Shown one piece after another: positions 1-7,458 of a stretch of DNA of 32,000 nucleotides; the stretch's first letter is position 1; every line of letters starts with the position of its first letter. Both the position numbers and the translations under genes were made by a program. Source of the DNA: Pirellula staleyi DSM 6068 (GTDB lineage: Bacteria; Planctomycetota; Planctomycetia; Pirellulales; Pirellulaceae); the NCBI GenBank assembly GCA_000025185.1, contig CP001848.1, positions 1,530,001-1,562,000 of the forward strand, given 5' to 3'. A model generated the notes under the pieces. The model saw only the letters and a program-made list of their open reading frames with translations. It made no database searches and was not told where the DNA came from.

Positions 1-1100
1 AGCATCGAGTTGGTGAGGGAGATCCCTTTGGCAAAGGTCCCCATCACTTCCATCGCTTGCTTGAATTTCTCGTTATGCTCGCCGAACTTTTCTTTGAGAA
101 AATCGATACCCGACTCGGCAATGCCGACGACGGTTTCGACCGTCTCTGTTGTTTCGGAGAGTGACTTGAGGGCGTTCTCGGCTTCTTCGATTCCCTTTTC
201 CGCTTCGATTTGCGCGGTGACCGATTTGTAGAGCGCGACCTCTTTCACCACATCGTCGGGCCACAGCGCTTCGGGAATATTTTTGTAAACCGTGCTGACG
301 ATCTCATCGATGGTGGCCCCTTTCGCCTGCAAGGCGCGCTTGCGCTCGGCACATTCGGTGATCGCCTTTTCCATCTTCTTGAGCTTGTCGGACTTCACCA
401 GCGTCCCGGAGCTTCCTTCGGCAATCGTGTTGGCGAGGTAGAAGTTTTCGGCATCGGTGTCGGTGTCGAAACCATACTCTTTGTCCTCGACGATCACGAC
501 GAAGTCGAACAGCGCTTTGTGCTCTTCTTCTTTCTCGGTCGCAAACTGCTGGGCGAGCACTTTCTCGCGTTCGATTTCGACCTGAGCTGCTTTCGCGAGA
601 ACGATTGCCTCTCCGAGCAGCGCGATACCGGCGTCGTAGTCGAACTCATCGGCCTTGGTCATTGCCAGGTCGAACTTGGCCATGATCTCGGCCCCTTTAC
701 CGGGGGCTGATTCCTTTTCCTTCAAACGTTCGCCGAGCAACTTGAAGGGATGGAATTCGGAGTTGGCTTTGCGCCAGGCAGTCCGCTTTTCTTTGTCGTT
801 CTTCTTCGGCGCGGTTTCCACCGGCGCATCTTCGCGAACCGGCTGGGGACGCTTGGCTTCTTCGAGTTGCTGACGGACCGAAACAAGTCGTTCGTAGTCA
901 TCGCGGCCCAGCACGCGGCGCTCGAAGTCGGGACGCTTCTCGCTCACGTGCGGGCTGTAATCTTCGATGCTCCGCTCGAGGCGTTCTTTCTCCCACTCAA
1001 GCCGATCGACATCGACCACCTTTTCCACTTTGCCGGAGGGGGGTGGCGACATGCCAAGCGCGAGGGCGAGTCCCTTGGGTTGTTCTACTGTGACTGACAT
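1..1100 (-). CDS. hypothetical Glu/Lys-rich helical protein; its C-terminal part lies beyond the left window edge
   Basis: Absent from the supplied ORF track because there is no stop inside the window. My manual reverse-complement translation from the ATG at 1100..1098 stays open to position 1: MSVTVEQPKGLALALGMSPPPSGKVEKVVDVDRLEWEKERLERSIEDYSPHVSEKRPDFERRVLGRDDYERL...KFKQAMEVMGTFAKGISLTNSM. Plus-strand ORFs over the same span (210..710, 750..1097) have antisense-type composition. The gene starts 30 nt after the stop of the 1130..2878 gene on the same strand. Confidence 0.7.
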   Translation of the reverse strand, partial: MSVTVEQPKGLALALGMSPPPSGKVEKVVDVDRLEWEKERLERSIEDYSPHVSEKRPDFERRVLGRDDYERLVSVRQQLEEAKRPQPVREDAPVETAPKKNDKEKRTAWRKANSEFHPFKLLGERLKEKESAPGKGAEIMAKFDLAMTKADEFDYDAGIALLGEAIVLAKAAQVEIEREKVLAQQFATEKEEEHKALFDFVVIVEDKEYGFDTDTDAENFYLANTIAEGSSGTLVKSDKLKKMEKAITECAERKRALQAKGATIDEIVSTVYKNIPEALWPDDVVKEVALYKSVTAQIEAEKGIEEAENALKSLSETTETVETVVGIAESGIDFLKEKFGEHNEKFKQAMEVMGTFAKGISLTNSM

Positions 1101-1129
1101 CGTTCTGACTCCCAATAAATGTTGGCGGA

Positions 1130-2878
1130 CTAGCCCAGGGCGGCGGCGATTTCTTTGAGTTTGCTACGAAGTGGACCGGTGATCTGCGTCGAGGGGACGA
1201 ACTCGTTTCCATCGAGGTTCTTCATCACCTCGTTGGAGTCGACGAACTTCGAGAACTCGGTCATCGTGGCGCGTGCCTTCTTCACCAGCGTATCGCGGCG
1301 CGTGAGGTCGCTCTCGTTGAGGATGTTGTCGAGCTGCTCGTCGAGATCGACATTCAGCTGCGCGATCACGGCATCGAGCTTCTTGAGCGCGGCCTTCATC
1401 GGGCGGAGCATCTCGGGATGATCGGCATAGGTCTCGCGGAACTTCTCTTTCAGCGTGGTCATCGAAGCCAAAGCACTCCGCTTGGTGGCGATGAATTCGA
1501 TGCGGGCTTTGCCGAGTTTCATCACCGAAACGTTGGCGTGTTCTTCCGGTTTTGTGGGCGCGGGGCCAGGACCTGGAGGTGGTGGTGGCGGCGGCGCGGT
1601 CGGTGGAGCGGGCGCGTTTTCGTCGACCGATTGCTCGTTGCCGGGTGGTGGAGGTGGTGGCGAAGTCGGTGGTGCCGGGACCTCGTTGGGGACCTTGGCG
1701 AGCGCTTCTTTCACCTTGCTCTCGAGCGTGCGATAGGTGCCGATGGCCGTGGGAAAGTCGGCTCCTTTCTCTTGCGTGGAAGCGGCAGCCAAGAGGGCGA
1801 TCAGCTCGTCCTTCATCTCGGGACTGGCAGCGACCGCCGCTTTCACTTGGGGATAGACTGCCTTCTTCAGGTCGGCACAAGCGGTTTGCAGTTTCTCGGC
1901 GGCAGCGAGAGCTTCTTTGACCGACGACTCGGCGAGCCCCAGCAAGGTGAACGCTTGATTGATCTCTTTGCTTTGAGCGAGTACGCCAGCCTCTTTGGTG
2001 TTGGCCGAGGCACTATCAGCCGCTTGAACGATCTTGGGAACCTTCGTCGAGGCGGCGAATTTTTTGGCCTCCTCGAGCTGTGGCATATGCTTCTTCAGCC
2101 GACCCATGAACTCGGCGAGGAGTTGCTTGTCTTCGGACGAAGTTTGCGGCGGCGGTGGAGGTGGTGGCGGAACTACAGGCTCGGGGGACGACTCCTGCTG
2201 TGGTTCAGGCGACGGTGGGCTCGGTGGTATCGGCGACGAAGTTGGTGAGGGTGTGGGTGGAGGAGGAGGAGGAGGAACTTCGCTTGTTGGCGAGGAGGGA
2301 GAGACCGGAGCATTCGGCGCCACCAAACCGGCCATGAACTCCTCGAGCCCCTTCATCTGCTGGGTCGCGCCATCGGGATCTTCGAGCGAGAGTCGCTTGG
2401 CAATATCTTTGCACTTTGCATCGAGGGCCTTCGCTTGATCGGGATTGTTTTTCCCGGCGGTTTTGGCCGACGCTTGCAGGGTGAGGTAGCGTGCGACGAG
2501 GGGATCGCTGGGATCGAGTATCGGCTCGTTCTCGTCGACAATTTCATAGGTGGGCGTGCACTTGAAGTCTGCCATGCTCGACAGAAAAGTCTTCAAGCCC
2601 GAAGGTGGGCCCGGCTCTTTTTCAAAGCCATCGCTGCGGGCCAGTTTGAACGTGATGTTCGTTCCTTTGCCGTCGGCGATGCCGTGATAGAACGTCCCTT
2701 TTCCTTGTTCTTTCGCTTGTTTTTTGAACTTTTCGAGGCTCCCCTTTTTGTAAAGGACGAGGCTGACCACTTTGGCGCCAGTGCAAACCATCGCAAACAT
2801 GCGAGGCTTACCCTTCTTCACATCATCGAGACAGTCGAGCGTTTTTTCGTCGACTTTATCTTCGTCTTTGTCACCCAT
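1130..2878 (-). CDS. hypothetical multidomain protein with two polyproline linkers (no family recognised)
   Basis: The track ORF 1130..2884 begins at a TTG. An ATG two codons in (2878..2876) is preceded by GGAG about 8 nt upstream (revcomp gatGGAGattgaccATG). Composition is balanced and lysine-rich. There are two Pro-rich tracts: aa 189-247 (EVPPPPPPPTPSP...VVPPPPPPPPQ) and aa 399-446 (PAPPTSPPPPPPG...TAPPPPPPPGPGPAP). They separate a small N-terminal alpha/beta-looking domain from helical domains. Confidence 0.8.
   Translation of the reverse strand: MGDKDEDKVDEKTLDCLDDVKKGKPRMFAMVCTGAKVVSLVLYKKGSLEKFKKQAKEQGKGTFYHGIADGKGTNITFKLARSDGFEKEPGPPSGLKTFLSSMADFKCTPTYEIVDENEPILDPSDPLVARYLTLQASAKTAGKNNPDQAKALDAKCKDIAKRLSLEDPDGATQQMKGLEEFMAGLVAPNAPVSPSSPTSEVPPPPPPPTPSPTSSPIPPSPPSPEPQQESSPEPVVPPPPPPPPQTSSEDKQLLAEFMGRLKKHMPQLEEAKKFAASTKVPKIVQAADSASANTKEAGVLAQSKEINQAFTLLGLAESSVKEALAAAEKLQTACADLKKAVYPQVKAAVAASPEMKDELIALLAAASTQEKGADFPTAIGTYRTLESKVKEALAKVPNEVPAPPTSPPPPPPGNEQSVDENAPAPPTAPPPPPPPGPGPAPTKPEEHANVSVMKLGKARIEFIATKRSALASMTTLKEKFRETYADHPEMLRPMKAALKKLDAVIAQLNVDLDEQLDNILNESDLTRRDTLVKKARATMTEFSKFVDSNEVMKNLDGNEFVPSTQITGPLRSKLKEIAAALG
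1547..1690 (-). repeat. low-complexity CCN (plus-strand GGN) tract encoding polyproline linker 2
   Basis: The plus strand shows ggtggtggtggcggcggc and ggtggtggaggtggtggc runs. This corresponds to aa 399-446 of the 1130..2878 protein. Confidence 0.85.
2144..2320 (-). repeat. low-complexity CCN (plus-strand GGN) tract encoding polyproline linker 1
   Basis: The plus strand shows ggcggcggtggaggtggtggcgg and ggtggaggaggaggaggagga runs. This corresponds to aa 189-247 of the 1130..2878 protein. Confidence 0.85.
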
Positions 2879-2906
2879 GGTCAATCTCCATCGTCTTTAC
2901 ATTGGG

Positions 2907-2925
2907 TTCGCGAGTGGCTCGCGAA
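2907..2925 (-). promoter_or_regulatory. perfect 8-bp stem / 3-nt loop hairpin in the leader of the 1130..2878 gene
   Basis: ttcgcgag (2907-2914), tgg loop, ctcgcgaa (2918-2925). It lies roughly 30-45 nt upstream of the ATG at 2878, just 5' of the GGAG ribosome-binding site. Confidence 0.4.
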
Positions 2926-3387
2926 AAGTGCTTGGTTTGGGACCTTGGTGCAGGATCAATACGCCGCTCGCAAGGTGCTCGTGGCGTCGTCTGCCGCTCG
3001 AGATACTGCGGCTCGTGGCAGGCAACACGCTGCGACCGGTTACGAGGCTAGCGCAGGCGATCACTGTTCTAGCCGATTGCACACTTCGTTCCAAACGGCG
3101 TCGTCAGATTTCGTTGCGACCCGCACTAGATTCGCCCCGCCCCGAGCGATCTTGGAAAAGAAACGAAATCTTTTTTTGACCAGAGGTGTCAACAAACTGC
3201 ATGCCGGTTGTATCGGCGGCGGTAAATAGCACGCGCGCTGGTGGATATTTAAGTCGAGTAAAATCGAGCGCAGCAGGCGCAAGTTTGCGCAACAAACGCA
3301 GCAGAACTCGCGCCCCTGCTGGGGGGAAAGGCTAAAAACGCCTCGAAAAACGCCAGGGGAGGTTGTTTCCTCTGCGCTGCTGTTCAG

Positions 3388-4791
3388 CTAGTCGCGTGGG
3401 CTCGTCGGTGGCGCAGGACGGATCAGCAGCACCAGCACTGCGGAGATCGCAGCGGTGGCGGCGAAGACTCCGAAGATTGCTCCCAGCGGAACGTCCCGAT
3501 CGCGGAGCGCGCCAAAACCCCAGTCGGCCAAACCACCGCAGCTGATGCTCACCAGGTTCATGATGCCGTAGCCGGTCGCTCGCAAGTCTGGTCGTACGAT
3601 CTGCGACAAGATCGGCATGTTGTTGCAGTCGAAGAAGCCCCAGCCGAGCCCGAACAGTAGGAGCAGGATGACAACAAGCGTGAGAGTTGGCGCGAATCCG
3701 ACACCAGCAATCGCGGGAACCATCAGCGTCATGCCGATGGCGCTCAAATAGATTCGTCCACGATGATTCACGCGCATCCAGGAGTCGGCGATCGTCCCGC
3801 CGAGCAGGCTCCCCACAATCGCAGCTGCTTGCCATGGAAGGGTTGCGGCGACACCGGCGATCCCTTGCCCGAGGTCGAACTCTTTCTTCAGGATCGCGGG
3901 CATCCAGTCGCGCACCACCCAGCCAGCCAGGGCAGGTAGGGTGAAGTAGAGGACCAGCAGAATGAAGTTGAGATTCAGCAGCAGTGCGACGGCGGCGCTC
4001 CAGGGACTGGGGCGCTCGTCGACCACTTTGGGAGCCACAAGTTGCGAGCGACCGCGCTTCGAGCGCGAGGCTGTGGCTGGATAGCGGCGCACCTTCAGCA
4101 CCCCCACGAGGGCAAGCTCCGCAGGGCGTGGAGCGTCGCGCAGCACTAGCGCCAGCGGAATGGCGTAGAGCATGCCAAACACGCCGCAGATGTCGAATGC
4201 TGCGCGCCAGCCGAGCCACTCGGCGTCGGCGATATAACCGGTGAAGCCCCCCACAATCACGCCGCAGTAGATCGCCATCTGATGCATGCCGACCGCTTTG
4301 GAACGGGTCTGGCCGGTGTGCAGGTCGGCAATCAGCGCAAGGGCGGCGGGAATGTAAAACGCCTCGCTCAGCCCCATTAGCGAGCGCGCGGTCAGGAGCT
4401 CTTGATAGCTGTCGACATGCCCGGTCCAAAACGTCACCGCCGACCAGACGAACAGGCTCGCGCAAATGGTTAAGCGTCGACTGAAGCGATCGGCAATGTA
4501 GCCTCCGATCGGGCTCATGAAGGCATAGACCCATTTGAACTGGCCGAGCATGAAGCCCCAGTTCTCGTCGCTGCCGATCGAGGGGATATCGGCCATCACC
4601 GACGACTTGATCGAGGCGAGCATCTGCCGATCGAGATAGTTCAGCAGCGCGACAGGCATCAGCAGCCCGACCACGAGCCAGGCAAACCCGAGCGGAGAGA
4701 GGCGAGAAGTGAGAGACAAACGACTATTCCTGGCTGGGAGGAGAGAATCCAAACACGCGAGGCGAACGAACACCGGGGCGCGCTTCGCCAC
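3388..4791 (-). CDS. MFS transporter (anion:cation-symporter-like), possibly sialic acid or acidic sugar uptake
   Basis: 467-aa ORF with many hydrophobic helices. It has an N-terminal LNYLDRQMLASI motif and an IADRFSRR loop typical of MFS. It sits directly downstream of the mutarotase and epimerase genes. The start is uncertain: the GTG at 4791 overlaps the upstream gene by 68 nt, while an in-frame TTG at 4719 lies 4 nt after the upstream stop (4724-4726). Confidence 0.85.
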   Translation of the reverse strand: MAKRAPVFVRLACLDSLLPARNSRLSLTSRLSPLGFAWLVVGLLMPVALLNYLDRQMLASIKSSVMADIPSIGSDENWGFMLGQFKWVYAFMSPIGGYIADRFSRRLTICASLFVWSAVTFWTGHVDSYQELLTARSLMGLSEAFYIPAALALIADLHTGQTRSKAVGMHQMAIYCGVIVGGFTGYIADAEWLGWRAAFDICGVFGMLYAIPLALVLRDAPRPAELALVGVLKVRRYPATASRSKRGRSQLVAPKVVDERPSPWSAAVALLLNLNFILLVLYFTLPALAGWVVRDWMPAILKKEFDLGQGIAGVAATLPWQAAAIVGSLLGGTIADSWMRVNHRGRIYLSAIGMTLMVPAIAGVGFAPTLTLVVILLLLFGLGWGFFDCNNMPILSQIVRPDLRATGYGIMNLVSISCGGLADWGFGALRDRDVPLGAIFGVFAATAAISAVLVLLIRPAPPTSPRD

Positions 4792-5800
4792 TGGGAATGA
4801 TCCAGCGATCGTTCCAGCGCGTCACGCTGGTGGTGACGCGCGAGTCGAAGCCGAGCTCGATGTTATCCCAGCGATCGGCGGCGATAGTGTAGCGCAAGGC
4901 GGTCGTACGAAACCCGGGATGCTGATCGGGCGTCGTCGAAACGTGCGAGCCATCGTCGCCACCGAGCACGAAGAGCTGACCTTCCTGCACCGGCAATGGC
5001 GAAGGAGCGGCGGCGATCGGCTCAGGGAGCTTGGCGATCGGTTGCCACTGGGGCTTCCGGGGCTCCTTGGTCGCGCCGGGGGCAAGTGCGCGGCAATCGA
5101 GCACATAGCCATCGTGGAGATAGCTGCGTGAGACTTTTCCCGCCGCATCTTCCACCAGCGCCGTGCCGCCGATCACGTACAAACGACCCTCGACAGCGGC
5201 CGCCATGGCGAGCATCCGTCCCGGCCCGGGAAGATCGTCGAGCGCGAGCCACTCGGCGTTCTTGTGTGCGAGATCGAGCGCATAGACTTTCGTGAGTGCC
5301 GCGCGTGCATCGGGCGTTTCGAGTCCACCCGCCACCACGAGCCACTCTCCCACGAGCGCGCCGCAGCTGTTGGCAATCGGGATCGGCAGTGGCGCAAGTT
5401 GCGAGACCTCCACGCGATCGTTTTTGAAGGTGAGGAGCAGCGTCTCGCGATGATGACCTCGCGCGCTACTCCCACCGGCAATGATCATCGCTTCGCCAGA
5501 GGTGGCGCTCACGCCGTAGCCTAGCGGCAGCGGAAGTTTCCCGGGGATTTGCCACTCTTTTGCGTCACGCTCGAGCGCGTAGATCGTGTCGTACCAAACT
5601 TTGGTCCCCCCTTCCCACGGCCGTTTTTCTGGGAAATTGGCACCTCCGACGGCGAGCAGCTGCTGGCCACTCACGCCGGCAAACATCCCGGCAAAACCTT
5701 CGCGGTCAGGGAGCGGTGGTAGAGCTTCCCACGTCTCGCAACGTGCAACCGAAGCCGTTAGCAGCGTCGATAAAAAAAGCATCGATGCAGTTATCGACAT
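4724..5800 (-). CDS. cyclically permuted mutarotase family protein (NanM-like Kelch beta-propeller), secreted
   Basis: I moved the start to the ATG at 5800 (MSITASMLFLSTLLTASVARC, signal-peptide-like). The longer track ORF (to 6046) would overlap the upstream epimerase gene. Repeated Kelch-like blades end in GG (LLAVGGANFP, MIIAGGSS, LVVAGGLE, LYVIGGTA, LFVLGGDD). GFAGMFAGVSGQQLLAVGGANFP at the N-terminus and PSGEARPGVRS at the C-terminus correspond to segments that occur in the opposite order in E. coli NanM (INGEAKPGLRT then GVAGGFAGISNDSLIFAGGAGF). Confidence 0.8.
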   Translation of the reverse strand: MSITASMLFLSTLLTASVARCETWEALPPLPDREGFAGMFAGVSGQQLLAVGGANFPEKRPWEGGTKVWYDTIYALERDAKEWQIPGKLPLPLGYGVSATSGEAMIIAGGSSARGHHRETLLLTFKNDRVEVSQLAPLPIPIANSCGALVGEWLVVAGGLETPDARAALTKVYALDLAHKNAEWLALDDLPGPGRMLAMAAAVEGRLYVIGGTALVEDAAGKVSRSYLHDGYVLDCRALAPGATKEPRKPQWQPIAKLPEPIAAAPSPLPVQEGQLFVLGGDDGSHVSTTPDQHPGFRTTALRYTIAADRWDNIELGFDSRVTTSVTRWNDRWIIPSGEARPGVRSPRVFGFSPPSQE

Positions 5801-5874
5801 AGTTATCGACACCAGGAGCGAGCGACCCAGCGCGTGATCGCGGAATACATCACACCATCGATGGCACGTTAGCA

Positions 5875-7116
5875 TCAGTCGGGCCTCCGCGGAGGAAGCG
5901 ACGAGAGTGCCAGGAGCGATGTCGGCTCGGTGTCGAGCAGCTTCCAGCTCCAGAGGAGCATGCGTGGCAAGTGAAACGGTCCTTTCCACAGGTTCCCTTT
6001 CAGCGTGGTCGACACGGTTCCATCGCGATGCAAATAGCCGAACCATTCCCCCTGCTCAGGATCGGGAAAGTGGCGAAAGCTCCAGTCGTGCACCTGCTGA
6101 TGCAGCGTGGCATAGCGCTCGCTGCCGGTGAGTCGCCAGGCGAGCAGTGTCGCGATAATCGCCTCGCAGTGGGGCCACCAGAACTTCATGTCGTGCCAGT
6201 ATTCTTGGATCGGCTTGTCGTCGAGATCGCGAAAATAGTAGAGCCCGCCGAACTCGTGGTCCCAGCCGCGCGCAAGCATCCAGTCGAGAATCTGAAGACC
6301 GAGTTGCTCCATGCGTGGCGAGTGTACGATGCTGCTTTCGAGTAGCAGGAACCAGGCACATTCGATCGCGTGACCAGGGTTCAGCAGTCGGCCGTCGAAA
6401 TGATCGAGCACTTCCCCTTGGATTCCGACCGTTTCCAGCAGCACCTGTCGCTCGGGCTTCATGAAATAGCGCTCGATTTCATCGACGCACCACGCAATCC
6501 ACTCGGTGGGAGTCCGTCCGAGCGCGACTACTTCGCCGAGATTCAAGCGGAGTTCTTGCGCGGTGACCATCGCGATCATCAGCGGACCGATGCCGCGCAT
6601 GGGGCGCGTCTGGGGATCGGTCTTAGGCGCCGCGAGCGCTGGATCGAAGGAGTAACGCAGGTAGTTTTGCCAGTATCGCAAGGCACTTGCGCGGGCTCTC
6701 TCGCTACCGGTGGCGCGAAACAGCGCTGCTGCGGCAATCGCGGCAAACGACTCGCTGTAAACATAGCGCCGCATCCGGAGCGGTCGCCCCTCGCGGGTGA
6801 CACTGAAATAGAGCTTTCCATCGTCGCCGACCGCATGTCGCTCGAGGAAATCGAGGCAGCTTTGCGCTGCACTGAGCCACGTAGCGCGCGGCTCGACATG
6901 GTTATAGAGCGTGGCGAACATCCAGGCCGCGCGACCTTGAAACCAGATCGATTTATCGGTGTCGATCACGGCTCCTGCGCGATCGAGCGACGTCAGGATC
7001 CCCCCCTGCTCGTGGTCGAGTCCATGCCGGAGCCAAAACGGCACAACATCTTGGAGCAGCGCGTCGCGATAGAAGGCTGCGAGTTGCTGAGGGTCGTGAA
7101 GCGAGGGAATTTCCAC
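5875..7116 (-). CDS. N-acylglucosamine 2-epimerase (AGE / renin-binding-protein family)
   Basis: 413 aa with a GTG start. The N-terminus YRDALLQDVVPFWLRHGLDHEQGGILTSLDRAG, plus later WFQGRAAWMF, NPGHAIECAWFLLE and WWPHCEAIIA motifs, are characteristic of the (alpha/alpha)6 AGE family. Confidence 0.9.
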   Translation of the reverse strand: MEIPSLHDPQQLAAFYRDALLQDVVPFWLRHGLDHEQGGILTSLDRAGAVIDTDKSIWFQGRAAWMFATLYNHVEPRATWLSAAQSCLDFLERHAVGDDGKLYFSVTREGRPLRMRRYVYSESFAAIAAAALFRATGSERARASALRYWQNYLRYSFDPALAAPKTDPQTRPMRGIGPLMIAMVTAQELRLNLGEVVALGRTPTEWIAWCVDEIERYFMKPERQVLLETVGIQGEVLDHFDGRLLNPGHAIECAWFLLLESSIVHSPRMEQLGLQILDWMLARGWDHEFGGLYYFRDLDDKPIQEYWHDMKFWWPHCEAIIATLLAWRLTGSERYATLHQQVHDWSFRHFPDPEQGEWFGYLHRDGTVSTTLKGNLWKGPFHLPRMLLWSWKLLDTEPTSLLALSSLPPRRPD

Positions 7117-7242
7117 GGCGAGCGCTGCGAGGTGAAGAGGTGCAAGAGAGGCCAGCGAAGTGGCTGGCAGTTATACCGCAGCCCCTCGGAGAGCACACGC
7201 TTTTTTTAGAGAGCGCGGCATTCTGGTGTGTCGCCAATACGC

Positions 7243-7425
7243 TGACTACTGCTCCACGTTTTGTCCCTTGGAGTGCTACAGGCATCTTGCCAGTGCCGAA
7301 GCTGGAACCGCTGTTTTAGCGAAATATTCCAAAAACAGGGCCGATTTACAGTTCTCACCGGGCAGAGCCCCGTGGCACCTTGGATTGCAGCCTACTCCAG
7401 GCAGCATGCCATGGATCGGTAGACG
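7243..7425 (+). repeat. copy A of a structured intergenic repeat (degenerate 5' arm)
   Basis: It aligns by eye to the reverse complement of 15533-15736. The blocks are gcagcatgccatggatcg (18/18), ttctcacCgggcagagcccCgtggcac (25/27) and ggcat..ccagtgc.gaagctgg. The confident core is 7281-7425. The 5' arm 7243-7258 matches the expected inverted repeat at only 11/16 positions. Confidence 0.75.
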
Positions 7426-7458
7426 TACTACTAGCTCATCTACCCGATCTGTCGCGCA

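Noticed and set aside
3332-4534. 400-aa minus-strand ORF overlapping the MFS gene in another frame
   Set aside because: It is Arg-rich (RRRR runs) with no hydrophobic helices. The alternative frame gives a textbook MFS protein. The off-frame ORFs 1164..1880(-), 20327..20965(-), 22327..22929(-), 22990..23523(-), 24593..25144(-) and 28905..29603(-) are rejected on the same grounds.
7170-7175. TATAAC hexamer (minus strand) upstream of the AGE gene as a promoter -10 element
   Set aside because: There is no acceptable -35 hexamer at 16-18 nt spacing (gtgtgc/gcgtgt), so it is too weak to report as a feature.
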